From NCBI RefSeq assembly GCF_006345805.1, contig NC_043003.1, positions 50,034,001 to 50,098,000 on the forward strand: a stretch of DNA of 64,000 nt, given 5' to 3'. Positions 1 through 13,700 of the stretch are shown one piece after another. Below the pieces are notes generated by a model. The model did no database searches and had not been told where the DNA came from. It saw nothing but the letters and a program-made list of their open reading frames with translations. Made by a program: the position numbers and the translations under genes. The stretch is from Octopus sinensis (lineage: Eukaryota). Positions within the stretch are counted from its first letter, which is position 1. Each line of letters opens with the position of its first letter.

Positions 1-148
1 TTTAATACTCAGGCATTAGGTAAGAGTTTTTCTCAAGTTATAATTCATTTAAAAAAATTTACAGCGCACATCGCTTTCAGAACCACCATATTGGCGAGTC
101 AACGATATCATAGCTTGAAGACCATATAATCGTGTCAAATATCTTGAA

Positions 149-242
149 ACACGCACGTACACACACACACACACACACATCATTGATTATTAGCGACACG
201 CACGTACACACACACACACACACACATCATTGATTATTAGCG
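149..242. repeat. 47-bp tandem duplication containing a (CA)n tract
   Basis: acacgcacgtac(ac)n-atcattgattattagcg occurs at 149-195 and again at 196-242. Confidence 0.9.
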
Positions 243-2394
243 ACAGGAACAGTATTAATTGAATAAAAGGCAATCTTTATATCCAACTTATAGATGTCTT
301 GACAGAATACTGTATAAAGCATTATTTGCCAAAAAAGATTATGTAGGCGCTTGTTGCATAAAAGTCACACACGTGGATCTTTCAAGGCTAATAACGCAGT
401 ATTCGGTGTTTAACAACAAATACATTTCTTTAAGTGTATCAGACATTCCGGTTAATGAAAACTTAACCAAGTTTGCACGAAATATAAATCTAAATAACCG
501 TTTCTAATTTAGGTACAAAGCTAGCATTTTTTGCTTTAGATGATGTTAGTCAATATACTATCGAACTCAACCAATATATTTGATTGGTAATTTATTTAAT
601 CGAAACCCGGTGGGGGATGAATGGCATAGTTGATCTCAGCGGGATTAGAACGCGGAGCATAAGCAATCTAAACAAATAAAAAAAAAAAAAAATTGAAAAT
701 GATCCTAGTTTCAATACAAAGTTGAAAATGGCCGTTGCCATTCTTTTATCAAACAAAAAGGGGGGGGGGGGCGGAGTATATGCAATTACCACTCAACAAC
801 CTGTTATAAACTAAACCACCCCCCTAATCATTCCGTTTCTGTCTGTCTGTCTGGTCTTCAATTTTATTTTTTTAAAAAGTTCCACCAGAAACTGGAAGTA
901 AAAAAGAACTAACTCTACAATATAATTTATTCCTAAGTTAAAACCCGGTCGGATCAACTAATGGATTAAATATATTCCAGCCATACCTGTTTCGTCTACA
1001 TGTTTCGAGTTTTTTTCTTCTTTTATTTACAATAAATAAAGTATTGTTAGAGGATAATTTAGTAATTAGCTACTATTTCTAGCAGTTGAGCGAGCACAGA
1101 GAGGTCTCATTATAAACTTACACAGTCGGTTCACTTACTTATAAAGTGAAGTAAGCTAGCATACAAATTTAATAATTTATAAACAAAACTTAACTGAAAA
1201 GTAATCAAAATTTAAAAAAAAGATAACAATACATAATACATATAAGATTATAAAATCTGATAAAATTAATGAAGGTGTTCAAAGACTGGCTAATTATAAT
1301 GAGATGATTGATCTTGTGAGAAAGCAAGCAGGATCGGTGGCTGATCGGTTTCTCAAGAGTAATGTATTCTTAGAATAATTGCTACTTTTCTATGCTTAGA
1401 AATATATTTAATACTAGTGTATATTTACCTCGCAATAATCCCATCTATAAATTTCGTGACGTTTCTACTTTGTTGCCGAGGTTCAAAAGCCTGTAACATG
1501 TAGAGTTACGCCCCGTACTGTCTATTAATCTTAAAACAAGTCATTGCTTTTACTGTGAACGCAGATTTTTTTCCTAGTTAGTTCTTTAAAGCATTCTGCA
1601 TTGTATAGCTTGACAGTAACTCTTCCCTGCGTTAAATATATTGGCAATAAACTATTCCATTTTCAATGGAGTTGTGTAAAAACGAAGTCCTACAGTTGTA
1701 ATCAGACTAATAAAAACGTCAAGTCAAGTGGTTCTAAAACTGGAGAATACCAGGCCTTCACGAAAATAAGATTAAGAGAATTTTTAGGCGCTTTTGCTAA
1801 GTCTTCATCAACGAAACGATAGAATATTGGGTGGTTTTGGAATAGCAAGAGAAGAGCACAGAACTGAGTGAATTTTTCGTTTCTATTTTAATAGAGTCTG
1901 TTTCATAAATCAGGAATTACGATTCTGAGAGAGGTTTTTTTGCTTTTCAATACGGTTTTTTTTTTTACCTCCAAATCCCGCTTTTCAATCCCCAAATGGT
2001 AGTCTGCGCTATTAAGTAAAAACTATTTCCAAAACTTCGTCCAATATTGCAGTCATATTATTATTCTTTCTGTGTTTAGGTGTTTGGCAGGTTTAAAACA
2101 AAGAATTATAAATCATCTTAAACATGACAATTTGTCCAGTCCTTTCCGATCATCATAGCTCTAAATTTACTGCTCTCCCGACCTCGCTTCTTGAACACTG
2201 CGAGAGACCTACGACTCTGTCTAAACGAATTCGAAAAAGGTGTAACAGGTAATTTTTTTTTAATTATTAAAAAAACGTGATATTTTTTTTTCTTTTTTCA
2301 TGGGAAATGCCATACTAGATTAAGGTCAAGGTTTGCCCAAGTGAAATTCCACAAGGAAAATAAAAGATAAATATAAAAATGAAGACAATTTGAA

Positions 2395-2615
2395 AAAGAG
2401 TTTCAAATTTTGGTACAAGGTCAGGAATTTTAAGTAAAAGATGCAAATCAATTACGTCGATCTCAGCACACAACTGGTACTTTACTTATTTTATCTATCT
2501 CGAAAGAATGAAAGACGAAGTCGACCTCCGCGGAATTTGAACTCGGAACGTAAAGCGCCAGAAGAAATGTCGCTAAGCCTTTTGTCCACGCGCCAACGAT
2601 TCTATCTGCCGCCAT
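2395..2615 (-). mobile_element. SINE-A copy, diverged
   Basis: Reverse complement matches the SINE-A body (gtcgacctccgcggaatttgaactcggaacgtaaag). Confidence 0.75.
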
Positions 2616-4469
2616 GCACGCAATAAAAATAACATTTAAAGCCAACTTGTCTGAGGAATATTGGAAATCGTGTGAGGGAGTGAGAGAAAAAAAGTGGGTA
2701 AGAAGTTTGTATGCTTTACCCAATGGTCTCCATATAACATAAATTCATGTGGTATTGCTCAGGCCATACAATCAATGCAAGCGAACGAATATCGTCCATA
2801 CGATCGATCAACCAGCTACAAGTAACAGTTCATTCTCAATATATATGCTTATTCCTTAATAAAAGACATTCTGGTCATGGTGAGAATGTCGATGATCATC
2901 GAGTTTAAAACTCAATGACCCTCGACCAAGAGGTCGGCAACTAGTTTTACTTAAAAATAAAATGGAATCTACACTTCACACAAAACAATACTTAAGCAAA
3001 ATATATATCCAAGACTGCAAAAGTTCTTTCATGCATATGGTTTCCTCCTCCAGGCTGAATATCTCTCCCTCATGAGAGTTACAGACAATTTAACAAAAAC
3101 AGAGAACTATTTTTGTTACGATGCAAAATGATAAACAACACTGCTGGCATTAGTGCTAACAAGCTGACTTAAAAAAAAAAAAACTCCCTTGCACTTGCTT
3201 GGCTTGTGAACATTCCCTCAGACAGCCCTCGCGCCACCTGCTAAATATAGCAGCCGTATCTCCCTCAATAACAAATATTACCATCTCGAAATACGGAGAT
3301 ATTGGACATAAATATATTTATAGAATGGGCATTCCTTCGATATAACTCGACAAAATCAAAACATTTCACTTCGGGTATTTCCGTGGAAGCAAATGACAGT
3401 TCGATTCTGTTTTCTGCTTGGAAATTTGCGGATTATACATTAACACATGAAGAACAAATATGCATGGCTTTTTTCTTCAAGTTTAAAATGAGACATTGCT
3501 GGCATAATTTCGTTATGCGACCGAGTATTTATGTATACATACCCGTATCACATTGGTGTCCACTGTTTTATTTCCTCATAACTTTCTGAAAATTGCATGT
3601 TTTTTTTTAATGAAATTTAGCAAATGCCTTTTCGAGGTGAACCTTAAAATTATGTTGATAACATTTAGAAAATGAATCAATATCTTATCCATCCATCCAC
3701 CTATCTATCTATGATGTGTGGTATATATAAAATAACCGAAAGTGGATGCGGTCCATGTCCTTTACCTTCGCCATAATAGTTTCGGATTATTTTTCACCTG
3801 CCCGACATCTACATAACTTTCTTTAAGATGCATATCTGTGAATGACATCACAAACGTATTTTGGAAAATGTAGATTATGTATGTTGAGGGGCTCAAACAT
3901 AAATTTGAAGAATGACTATGAACAAAAAAAAAAGAAGCTGAAATAAGGGAAATTGGTGAAAGAAAAAATTCTCAAACTATGCCTTCAAAAACCGACAATA
4001 TTTTTTTAAAATATGCATTTTGCAAAAAGTCATAAAGAAACAAGTGTGTGTGAGGTAACAATTTGTAGTTACGCCAATATCTTACAACAACTGGTTTGAG
4101 AAATTTTTACATTTCCGAACTTGATTTGGTTCCAAAAACATTTTTCTATGGTGGGAAAGTATTAAGTAGTTTCCTGTCTAATTATCACTTAGAGGGTTGT
4201 AAAATAAATAGAAAAGCTTTATGGCTAATATCCTAGGTTAATTACATTTGTTCTACGTTATGTTCAAATTTTTCATAATCCCATACTTAAAACTGGTCTG
4301 GCTATATTCGCTTCGCTATTTGACCATCGTTACCGTCATCAACGTCTTAATGCCTAACTCCCATATGTAAATCATATCGCCACCATTATTATATTATTAT
4401 TGTAATTACCCTGGTGGCAATTAAAAGCAATTATTTCTCTTCTCCCAAATATTAGGCTTTGTGCCCAAT

Positions 4470-4685
4470 AGTAGCTTGCAAAATTGTTAGCATGCCGGAC
4501 AAAATGCTTAGCGGCATTTCGTCCGTCTCCACGTTCTGAGTTCAAATTCCGCCGAGATCTACTTTGGTTTTCATCCTTACAGGGTCGATAAAATAACTAC
4601 CAGTTGAACCCTGGAGGTCGATGTAATCGTCTTACCCATTTCTCTGAAATTGCTGACCTTTGTGGCAGAATTTGAAATCATTAAT
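4470..4685 (+). mobile_element. SINE-A copy, diverged
   Basis: ggacaaaatgcttagcggcatttcgtcc...gttctgagttcaaattccgccgag (B-box-like gttcaaattcc) plus the 3' tail. Confidence 0.8.
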
Positions 4686-4843
4686 ATTCTTGCTTATAGT
4701 TTGCAAGCGAGCTGGCAGAATCGTTAGCAAGCCAAGACAAAATGCTTAGCGACATTTCGTTCGTTATTATGCTTTGAGTGCAAATTCCGCCGAAGTCGAC
4801 TTTGCCTTTCATCTTTTCGTGTGATCGATATAATCGACTAGTG

Positions 4844-5263
4844 GGATCTTTTCGGTTTGAACGGCAGTTTTTTCTAGCGGTGTCATACATATGAAATTGT
4901 CACTCATAATTATGACCCTAGTATTGATCTATTGCATTTCAATCTGGGTTAGGGTTAGAGGTGGGGGGGAAGGGTATCTTTTTTTCTTCAGAAATGTAGA
5001 TAAACCCAATCTGTTTCTTAAACGAGGGATATATTCATACAGCACAGAATGTTTTCACCTCAATAGACGTCATTGATTGGTTGAAATTGCAGAAATTGAA
5101 GAAAAAAAACAACAAATATCTTACAAACTATAGAATTTTCTCAATAAAGCCAAGAGAAAAAGATGTTTTATAAACACATTCTACCAGTATACGAAGTTTT
5201 TTAAAAGTGTTTAACTACGTGGAAATTATTTTTAAAAAACTGCCGTTCAAACCGAAAAGATCC
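4844..5263. mobile_element. MITE with perfect 30-bp TIRs and 8-bp TSD (Merlin- or hAT-type)
   Basis: ggatcttttcggtttgaacggcagtttttt at 4844-4873 and its exact reverse complement at 5234-5263; flanks gactagtg (4836-4843) and gactagcg (5264-5271). Confidence 0.9.
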
Positions 5264-5293
5264 GACTAGCGTCAAAAGTTCAGGCCTTGTGCA

Positions 5294-5671
5294 TCTCTTC
5301 TCTCTCTATATAAACGGCAGTTTGTCTGTCTGTGTGTCTGTGTGTCTGTCAGGTTGTACCCTCACCCTGACCATGGCTTTCAACCGATTCTGATGAAACT
5401 TGACACACACATAGCCCAATGTCATAATTCAAAACTAACGCAGCGAAAATTTTGAAAAGTTCCCCCAGTTCTGAAAAAAATCAATAAAATCGACATGGGG
5501 TCGAGAATCAGAAACACAAACCGCAAACTGTCATGGGGACGCAACTCAACCTTTTTTAACTCAAAAAAAAATTTACCATAATTTTTTTGCTATTTTTTGG
5601 CTATAACTCTCTAAAAATGCTTTATAGTTATTTCCCTTACAAACCTGAGCAACGCCGGGCGATACTGCTAG
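5294..5671 (+). mobile_element. Non-autonomous Helitron
   Basis: Starts TC after A5293; ends CTAG (5668-5671) before T; GC-rich subterminal hairpin-like cctgagcaacgccggg; no TSD. These are the Helitron hallmarks. Confidence 0.8.
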
Positions 5672-8600
5672 TATAATATAAAAGCTTATTTTATCGTCTC
5701 GTATCACACACGACTTCACAATTTCTTCAAACCGGAAGTCGCGTTGTAAGAATGAATGTCACCCAACCTACTTTATACGTCTCCTGAAGAAAGTTGAACT
5801 TAATGAAAAAGGTTATATTATTGTTATTTCATTTTTGAGATATTTCGTTTTATGTATATAAAATGGTGGACATGTAAAATGAAATGAATGTTAAGTGAAC
5901 AAGAAATCGCTTTAATTATTCGGCTGTAAAATGAAATTTAAGGAAACTTGTGCGCAAAAGTGAACCAAACTAAATATCTGATTACAGCACACCGCTGAAT
6001 TGTGTGAATTAATCCGTAAGCTGAAACAAAATAGTAAATCAAATATCCTCCATGCTATAGGCATAAGGCCTGAAATTTTTATGGACGGTCGTCTCGTCGA
6101 TTTCATCGACTGGTTACTTTTATCGACTCCGAAATTCCTTCGAGATGTTGATCAACAATTACACAGTAAACATACTCTTACAGGCGCTTCTGGCCCCCAT
6201 CAGGTTGTAGCGCTTCTTCAATATATAAACAGAAGCTGTTTTAACAGAAAGAAGAAAAAAATCAATATATATAATGTTATGGTGATTATATGAGTTTCTT
6301 TTCTTTCTTTTCTGTCCGCCATTATATGTTCAGAAAGCGAAAGATCGCCAAAAAGTTTCCATATACTTTCGAAGGCGCCTCTATAATGGCTCTTTAATGC
6401 TAGAAATAGCGCGATGTTACTGAATTGATGTCCCATATTACACAAATTATTTTCCTTGTATATAACTGATACATTCAGCGGATATTACGATTCTAATCTC
6501 TTTCTTTTGCAAAAGCAAATCTTTTTGTGACGAGACTGGTTTAAGAACCTCATGATAAATAAACCCTCATAACTTTTTTATTTTGGACTTCTGAGAAAAT
6601 TTTCGCGAATTTGTGTTCTATACACGATCTTTATCCCTCCATTTCCGTAAGCTTAATTTTTTTGCAGCTAATTCGAAACTTCAGACATGACATAACAGCT
6701 AAATCTTCTAAAACTTAGACGCTCCATCGTTTACAAAACTAGGAAAAAATAAATAAGTAAAAAGAAGAGTCACTCGAGAATATAATTCCAGGTATACACA
6801 CAAAGTCTGATACAGAGATAAACAATACAACTTATGGTGAGGGTCTTTTTCTATTAGAATAACTAAGTGACTGACAAACAAATCGACACTGTGTGTTGTG
6901 ACTTCGCATTTCTGATAATTGAAACTCGGGCTATTTCTACAACGAGAGATCCAGCTGGTATACATATCAAGCAGAAAGAGATGAAAGGAAAAACGATAAA
7001 AGTATCTTACGTGGGCGTAAAGTCTGATTATTTTTGCTTTTATAAGCTTAGAAAAAATTTTTTGTTACGTCCAAGCCTTTCCGCGCGATAAATTTCCCGT
7101 GTAAGTGAAACTGATCCTTAAGCAAGAATCGAAACCGAATGGCTTGAACTCAAGTCAGATAGGAATTTAAACTAACTTCAAAGAAGTCTCAGCAATAATA
7201 ATTATTAGGTTAAGTTATATTTACATTAAATAGCAACTGAGATTCAGTGATTAAATAAATCTTAACACATAGTAATGGTTGATTTGTTTGTTATTTTATT
7301 ACTTAAATTATACTTTGCAATTTATTAAATTTTATTTTATTTTCAATGGAGAGTTCTTTTTTATAATTTTTATCTTAATTTTGACTGGATTTTTTTTTTA
7401 CTTTGAAATGATGTGTGTGTGTGTCATAATCGCAAACCACTGAAATTCGCTTGCTACCTCATAGACTGAATTTTTTTCGTCTTTTATAAACTTCCAAGTT
7501 TTCAATTCAGTGAAATATAATAAAACTGCAAATGGAAACCAGGTCATAAACACAATACGCAAAGAGTTTATGTTATGGCTAAAGAAAGTGTTCACACAAC
7601 TAAGATTCATCACCATAGCTTAAAACCTGAATGAACAACTTTGTGCCTTAGTTAAAACTAGCAATTTTATTGAATATTGATCATCTGCACGGAGACAAAA
7701 GTCCAATATTCATGGAGGGAAAATATAAGACAAAAAAATATTACCTAAACTCCGAAGAACTTACCATGAAAGGCCAGTATTCTCTTAACTCTAGTTGTAG
7801 GACTCTAAAATGGATGAGAAATGAATTTCCTTATTCCTGGACAGTTCGCCAGTTCATCACATTTAAGAATGAAGTAATCTTAAAAGAACGGAGGCGTGGA
7901 ATTTCAAGTATCTTGCTCAAAACACATGAGGAATTTGAACTCCTGCCAATAATCTGATTATATTCCCTTCCTAAGTCCCATTTGGCCATTTTTGCTTTCA
8001 CTAGTATTCGTGAAAGATGGGTGATAATACTTATCAGTTGAATGGGTTAATACAATATTACTGGCGGCTTATTTATTATAACAATTCTACAAGTAACAGA
8101 CTTAATACATAATTAAAATCGTAGGCAACTAGCAGGATTCTATTAGCTGTTCTTTCAAATGAACACCCAATATGATAATGATTTAAATAAGTATTAAAAT
8201 TAATTTCTATAGAATACACCCGGTTGTTCAGTTCCGATCGTCAACGATAATGGATAGGCAGAAATATTAGAACGTAGGACAAAATGTGCTGCGATGGTCC
8301 TTTCTATTCTCAAGTTCAAATCCTGTTCATTTCAACTTTGTATGCTTTCAAGAGCCGATAAAAATTCGATGATTTATATACTTAGAACATATCTTGATAT
8401 GAATGACAGAGCAGAAAACCAAAGGTATCATCCCAGCGGTGACCATCACGTATTTTTCATAGGAACACTGAATCAGTATGTTGTTCTTTCTATGACGGTA
8501 GCGCGAGTTTTGAGAGAGATTCGGTTGCTATTTCTATTCTTGTTGGTCATGAGATCGATCACATTCACACTCGTCTCGCCAAATGAATTAAGATATTAAA

Positions 8601-10009
8601 GATCAATTTGAATAAGATTTTTGCTGCTATGTCTAGCAAGTCGAACGACCATATAGAAACTTCCTCATTGTCACATCTACAGTTTATAAGGAACAAGCTA
8701 TATAACAAGCATGCTTTGCTCACAAATAAAGTTTACTAATTCTTCTTACTCGTAAATTGAACTTTCTATAGTTTCAAATAATCTCCGTAATTTTCATTTT
8801 AGAAATACTTGGTGAAGTAAGAATATTCGTAAGTATATGTCACGCCATTAATAAAACAGCCAAGTTAACAAGGGGAACCTCTTTAGTGGTCGATCGAAAT
8901 GCTGGAGAATAAGCAACCAAATTAGCCATCAGATTGCACCATAGCGTCTTGAAAAAGAAAAGGACACAGGACAATGTTTTTATATAACCCTGGAAAAATT
9001 TCTTTTAAATAAAATACAAAAATAAGACATGATCATATTTGAAAGCCTTTGATAGAATCTGTATTGACCTGGGGTTAAACAACATTGCTTAGATTACAGA
9101 TATTTACTGCGAATAAAATTTGCTAACTCCCACATGCGTGTGTGTGTATGTATATGGATTTCCACTTCGGCATCTGAAACTCCCAAAAGTTTTATATAAT
9201 AATAATGAAATTATTGTATACAGTGCTCAAGTGCACCACCTATATATAGGTGGAAGACAAAAAAGATTAAATGAAAGGGAAAATATTACGTACCTTTTCA
9301 AATAACATATTGTGGTAAAATATGTGAAAGTGATCGCGGAAAATAATAATTCTCAGACCACGCCAACGCACACGGTTTTATTTAGTAGGTGGATCCAGTA
9401 AATCAAGTATTTATTTTTATGAATAGGTTTTGATTCAAACTATGAATGCACATAAAATGGAACTCCAATTTGGCAAATAAGATAGGTAAGACACAGAAAG
9501 GTAAATTTGAAAGTATGTCTTGTGTAGTAGAGTAAAAGAAAGCCACGACGATGCGCACAAGTAGAGTGAATTAGAAGACTTGTATTTTTTTTTATATATA
9601 TACGATCTGGTTTTAAGTACCCCGAGTAAGTTTTAGAAGAGGCAGTCAGTAGTGGTGGTTGAGAAGGTGGCAGTAAGTAACGTGGTGGTGTGAGCTGATA
9701 AGAGCGATATTCGTCGTGACAAGTCCAGACAACAGTGGTAGCCGTCCCAACATGTTTGGATGGATGACTTGACTTCACTAACTTCCTGGCACCCACCCGC
9801 ACAATCTTGTACTTTTTTTTAGTATATATATATATATATATGTATTTGTTTTGTTTTAAAAAAAGAAAGAGAGAGAGAGAGAGATAAAAAAATTATTTAA
9901 AAAAATCCTCTCTCACAGACGAATTACGTCTCCTGGCTGACGGGCAGGGAAGCTTACGGGCAACTAACTTCTAAAAACTTTTTCTGAACCAAGTGAAGTT
10001 TTATCTTTC

Positions 10010-10935
10010 TTCTTACTTATTCTCCTCCTCCTCCTCCTCCTTCGTCGTCGTCTTTATTTCATTCATTCACCTCCACTCCGCAACCTCACATGTTCACACT
10101 ACTTCCTGTTAACTTTCTCCCTGCCCCTCCTTTATTAGTTTTCTTTTACTCTTTCTCTTCCTCCTCTTTTACTCTCTCCTTTTTTACTTTTCTAATACTT
10201 TTTCCTTTCTTCTTCCACCGACATCACCGCCCCCGTCTTATTTTCAACCATGCACTCTTCCTCCGCCTCTTTCTCTACTCCCGCTTTTTTTATACAGTAC
10301 CTTTATTCCTCCCCTTCCTCATTTTCTCCCTCTTACTTTCACACTATCATTACTCCTTTCTTTTACTCACTCTAACTAACTCTTTTTCTTTTTTGTATTA
10401 CTCCACTCTCATACAATTCTATTTCATTCACTTTTCCAGTTTTTCACTCCTGTGCCTATATCTTTCTTATTCACTACTCTCTCTTTCAACTTATTTAGCT
10501 CTTTTTCAACACGTCATTCACTCTCTCTCTCTCTTCCTTGTCTATCTCCCCTATTTCCCTCTCTTATATATTACTCCCTCCTCTTCATTATTCCATAAGT
10601 TCTCTTCTAGCTCCTTCTCTTCTTTCTGTCTATTTCTTTCTTCTCCTACCCCTTTCTTTCACATGTTGCTGCTCCTGCTGACTACTTTCATTCATCTTCC
10701 ATACATTCTTGTTCCATTCTGTGTCACCACCCTCTCTCCCTCTCTTTCTCTCTGTCTTTCTTACTTCTTTTTGCTTCTATTCTCTCTTCTTTCAAACTCT
10801 TTTTCTTTTCCTCTCTGCTTTCTTATTTCTTCTCTCTCTCTCTCTCCACTTCAATTTCTTTTCTCAGCGATAAGTGTTCTTTGTATTCTCGTTCTTATAA
10901 TCTTTCTCTTTCTCATTCACTCTTTATTTCTCTCT
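10010..10935. repeat. About 0.9-kb CT-rich low-complexity polypyrimidine tract
   Basis: Almost entirely C/T on +; the 293-aa F/L/S-rich ORF is its by-product. Confidence 0.85.
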
Positions 10936-11102
10936 ATATATACATACATGTGCGCGCGCATGTGTGTGTGAGTTTAGTTGAGTTTAGTTATCTACTTATC
11001 TATACCTTTCCATGGTTCTATCACATCTCTATTCGCTGCTTTTTTTAATTCTTTAAACCTATTTGATAATTTTATTGACACCGTTAAATCTCATTTAGGC
11101 TT

Positions 11103-11134
<32 letters not shown>

Positions 11135-11281
11135 CTGTTGGAGGCATACTTACTTGTCCAACGATCAATCGATCTATTTGTCAATCAATTTATAAATTTT
11201 ATTGTCTTCTCCCTTTTATATATTTCCTTCATTTTCTGAAGATTTCTCGCTAGATACCTATTGCCAATAAATGTTCGTTAC

Positions 11282-11321
11282 CTTGTTGTTTAGCAATGTC
11301 CTCCATTCTATTTTTTGCCAT
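11282..11321 (-). CDS. Candidate first coding exon (MAKNRMEDIAKQQ), unidentified gene
   Basis: Minus strand reads atg gca aaa aat aga atg gag gac att gct aaa caa caa g|gtaacg with a donor-like site, in non-repeat sequence. No homology recognised. Confidence 0.2.
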
Positions 11322-11950
11322 GTCTCTTTTCCACCATTTTTTAAAAAATTCTTCCTGTTCAGAGTTTAGTAATTTATCTCCTTAACTTTCTGAGCCAGTT
11401 TCATATGAAATTCCTCCTGCCATTTTTGCTAAACTAATTACTTCTTGGTTCTCATTGGCTTCTTTTTGTGTCTTGCCTTAAATCTTTAGCTCGTTTTCTT
11501 TACGATTTTTTTTTTTATTGCATTTTCATTTTATTTACATCCTTGTTCTATCAACGACGCTGTTTCAGTATTTTGGCAGAAGACATATGCCCTTCACTGT
11601 CGGGGTAATTCCGGAACTTAAAGAGTTCCTTGATTGCATTTTGGACAGTGTTTCTCGTGGGAAAGGGTGGGGGAGCTCAACAAATTGCTATGTTTTGGTA
11701 AATTGAAATAAAATAACTTAAAGCGGACGAAGAAATCATTATGTGGAGACAAACCCATTTCTCGTGAATAAAGAGGAGTAGGATTTGCCCTAAGTATTTA
11801 GGGGTGGATTTAGGTAGTGGGATGTGCAGTTGGCATTTATTACTTTAAGAAACCACTGCCCTAAGAGGCTATCGTCCCTTTGTGGGAATAAATACTTTAA
11901 ATACGCTGCGTAGAAATGTGTGTATGGGAGAGAGAGAGAGAGAGAGTGAA

Positions 11951-12078
11951 TGCGCGTGGCTTATTGGTTAGGTTAATCGGCTGATGACCGTAAGGCCGTG
12001 AGTTCAATTTCCGGCGGCGCGTTGTGTCCTTGATCAAAATATTTTATTTCACGAATCTCTTGTCCACTCAGCTGGGAT
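11951..12078 (+). mobile_element. SINE-B 5' fragment
   Basis: tRNA-like head followed by gttgtgtccttgatcaaaatattttatttcacg...ccactcagctg. Confidence 0.7.
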
Positions 12079-12126
12079 CTGTTCAGTTTCACTCACAGAT
12101 TTTTTAGTTAATTTTTCTAAAACTAA

Positions 12127-12490
12127 GGCGGCGAGATGGCAGAAACGTTAGCACGCCGGGCGAAATGTGTAGCCGTATTTCGTCTGCCGTTACGTTCTGA
12201 GTTCAAATTCCGCCGAGGTCGACTTTGCCTTTCATCTTTTCGGGGTCGATTAAATAAGTACCAGTTACGCACTGGGGTCGATATAATCGACTTAATCCGT
12301 TTCTCTCTCCTTGTTTGTCCCCTCTGTGTTTAGTCCCTTGTAGGTAGTAAAGAAACAGGTATTTCGTCTGCCATTACGTTCTGAGTTCAAATTCCGCCGA
12401 GATCGACTTTGCTTTCATCCTTTCGGGGTCGATAAATTAATCCCTTTGTCTGTTCTTGTTTGTCCCCATTGTAGGCAATAAAGAAATAAG
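12127..12490 (+). mobile_element. SINE-A dimer
   Basis: Head, then a 184-bp unit (12175-12358), then a second internally deleted unit starting gtatttcgtctgcc at 12359. Confidence 0.9.
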
Positions 12491-12502
12491 TAATCTTTTT
12501 AT

Positions 12503-12666
12503 AGGCGCAGGAGTGGTTGTGTAGTAAGTAGCTTGCTTACGAACCACATGTCTCCGGGTTCAGTCCCACTACGTGAGACCTTGGGCAAGTGTCTTCTACT
12601 ATAGCCTCGGGCCGACCAAAGCCTTGTGAGTGGATTTGGTAGACCGAAACTGAAAGAAGCCCGTCG

Positions 12667-12704
<38 letters not shown>

Positions 12705-12930
12705 TATGTGTACGTGTGTGTATATATTTGTGTATCTGTGTTTGTCCCCCCTCAACATCGCTTGACAACCGATGCTGGTGTGTTTACGTCCCCGTAACTT
12801 AGCGACCGATAGAGACCGATAGAATAAGTACTAGGCTTACAAAGAATAAGTCCTGGGGTCGATTTGCTCGACTAAAAGGCGATGCTCCGGCATGGCCACA
12901 GTCAAATGACTGAAACAAGTAAAAAAGTAA
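12503..12930 (+). mobile_element. SINE-C full-length (tRNA-derived, CORE-like block, internal TA/TG microsatellite)
   Basis: aggcgcaggagtgg head; gaccttgggcaagtg resembles the CORE domain; 3' end atgactgaaacaagtaaaa. Confidence 0.9.
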
Positions 12931-13441
12931 ACATTTTGAAACTTCGTGTATTGGTGTAATTTCTCACGCTGAACACGGTTTACTTTCAACATTTTTGACA
13001 AAATTTCGTATTTTAGAAGTTATTTCATTTAACCAAACAACGACGTGTGTTCAGTTGAAGAAAATTACTACTGTTTGCCATAGTAATCGAAGAACAACAA
13101 CTTTCGGGTCATCTCTACTAAATGTCACCGCTCTGATCTATTTTATTTTTGTTTACTGCCTGTGTTGCATATTACAAACTTTTTTTTGTTCTCGCATCGG
13201 CGTAACGAGTAATCATCGAAGAATCAACACAAAGAAGGAAAAAAATGTTATTTACATATATCTATTCGTTTGCCCGACGTGTAGTTAGACATACAGCAGT
13301 AATTGGAGTGGCAGTGACAAGTTCGCTTGCTGGTTGGTAGTTGATAGTGTAGAAGTGGCTGTCTGCCAGTAGAGAGGGAAAGAGTAAGGAATGCACGGTG
13401 CTGACTAGAAAGGGAGAAAGGATAAAGGTGGTCTCGTCTTT

Positions 13442-13523
13442 CGTGGTGGTGGTGGTGGTGGTGGTGGTGGTGGTCATAAGCAAAACATATACGTATTTGT
13501 GTGTGTATACGTACCTATCTATT

Positions 13524-13557
<34 letters not shown>

Positions 13558-13569
13558 TCTCCCCCTCTT

Positions 13570-13645
<76 letters not shown>

Positions 13646-13700
13646 CATATATGTACGTACATACATATATATGTATATAGGTACGCATATATGGGTACAG
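13442..13700. repeat. Compound microsatellite (GTG)n, (TCTG/TCTA)n, (CT)n, (TA)n
   Basis: Direct reading. Confidence 0.95.

Larger units (their letters stand above)
4705..5690 (+). mobile_element. SINE-A copy whose 3' tail is interrupted by a MITE and a Helitron
   Basis: Head and core at 4705-4843; tail resumes at 5264-5293 (aggccttgtgc) and after 5671 (tataatataaaag). Confidence 0.75.

Noticed and set aside
2080-2248. Plus-strand exon with strong acceptor and donor
   Set aside because: All three frames contain stops; the ATG-initiated 42-aa peptide is unrecognisable.
4946-4958. Telomeric TTAGGG seed
   Set aside because: Only about two units, inside a MITE.
10090-10971. 293-aa hydrophobic ORF resembling a membrane protein
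   Set aside because: Translation of a CT-rich tract (F/L/S only); no domain motifs.
12136-12333. Recurrent peptide FRLPLRSEFKFRRGRLCLSSFRGRLNKYQLRTG in several ORFs, suggesting a gene family
   Set aside because: It is the translation of SINE-A copies.
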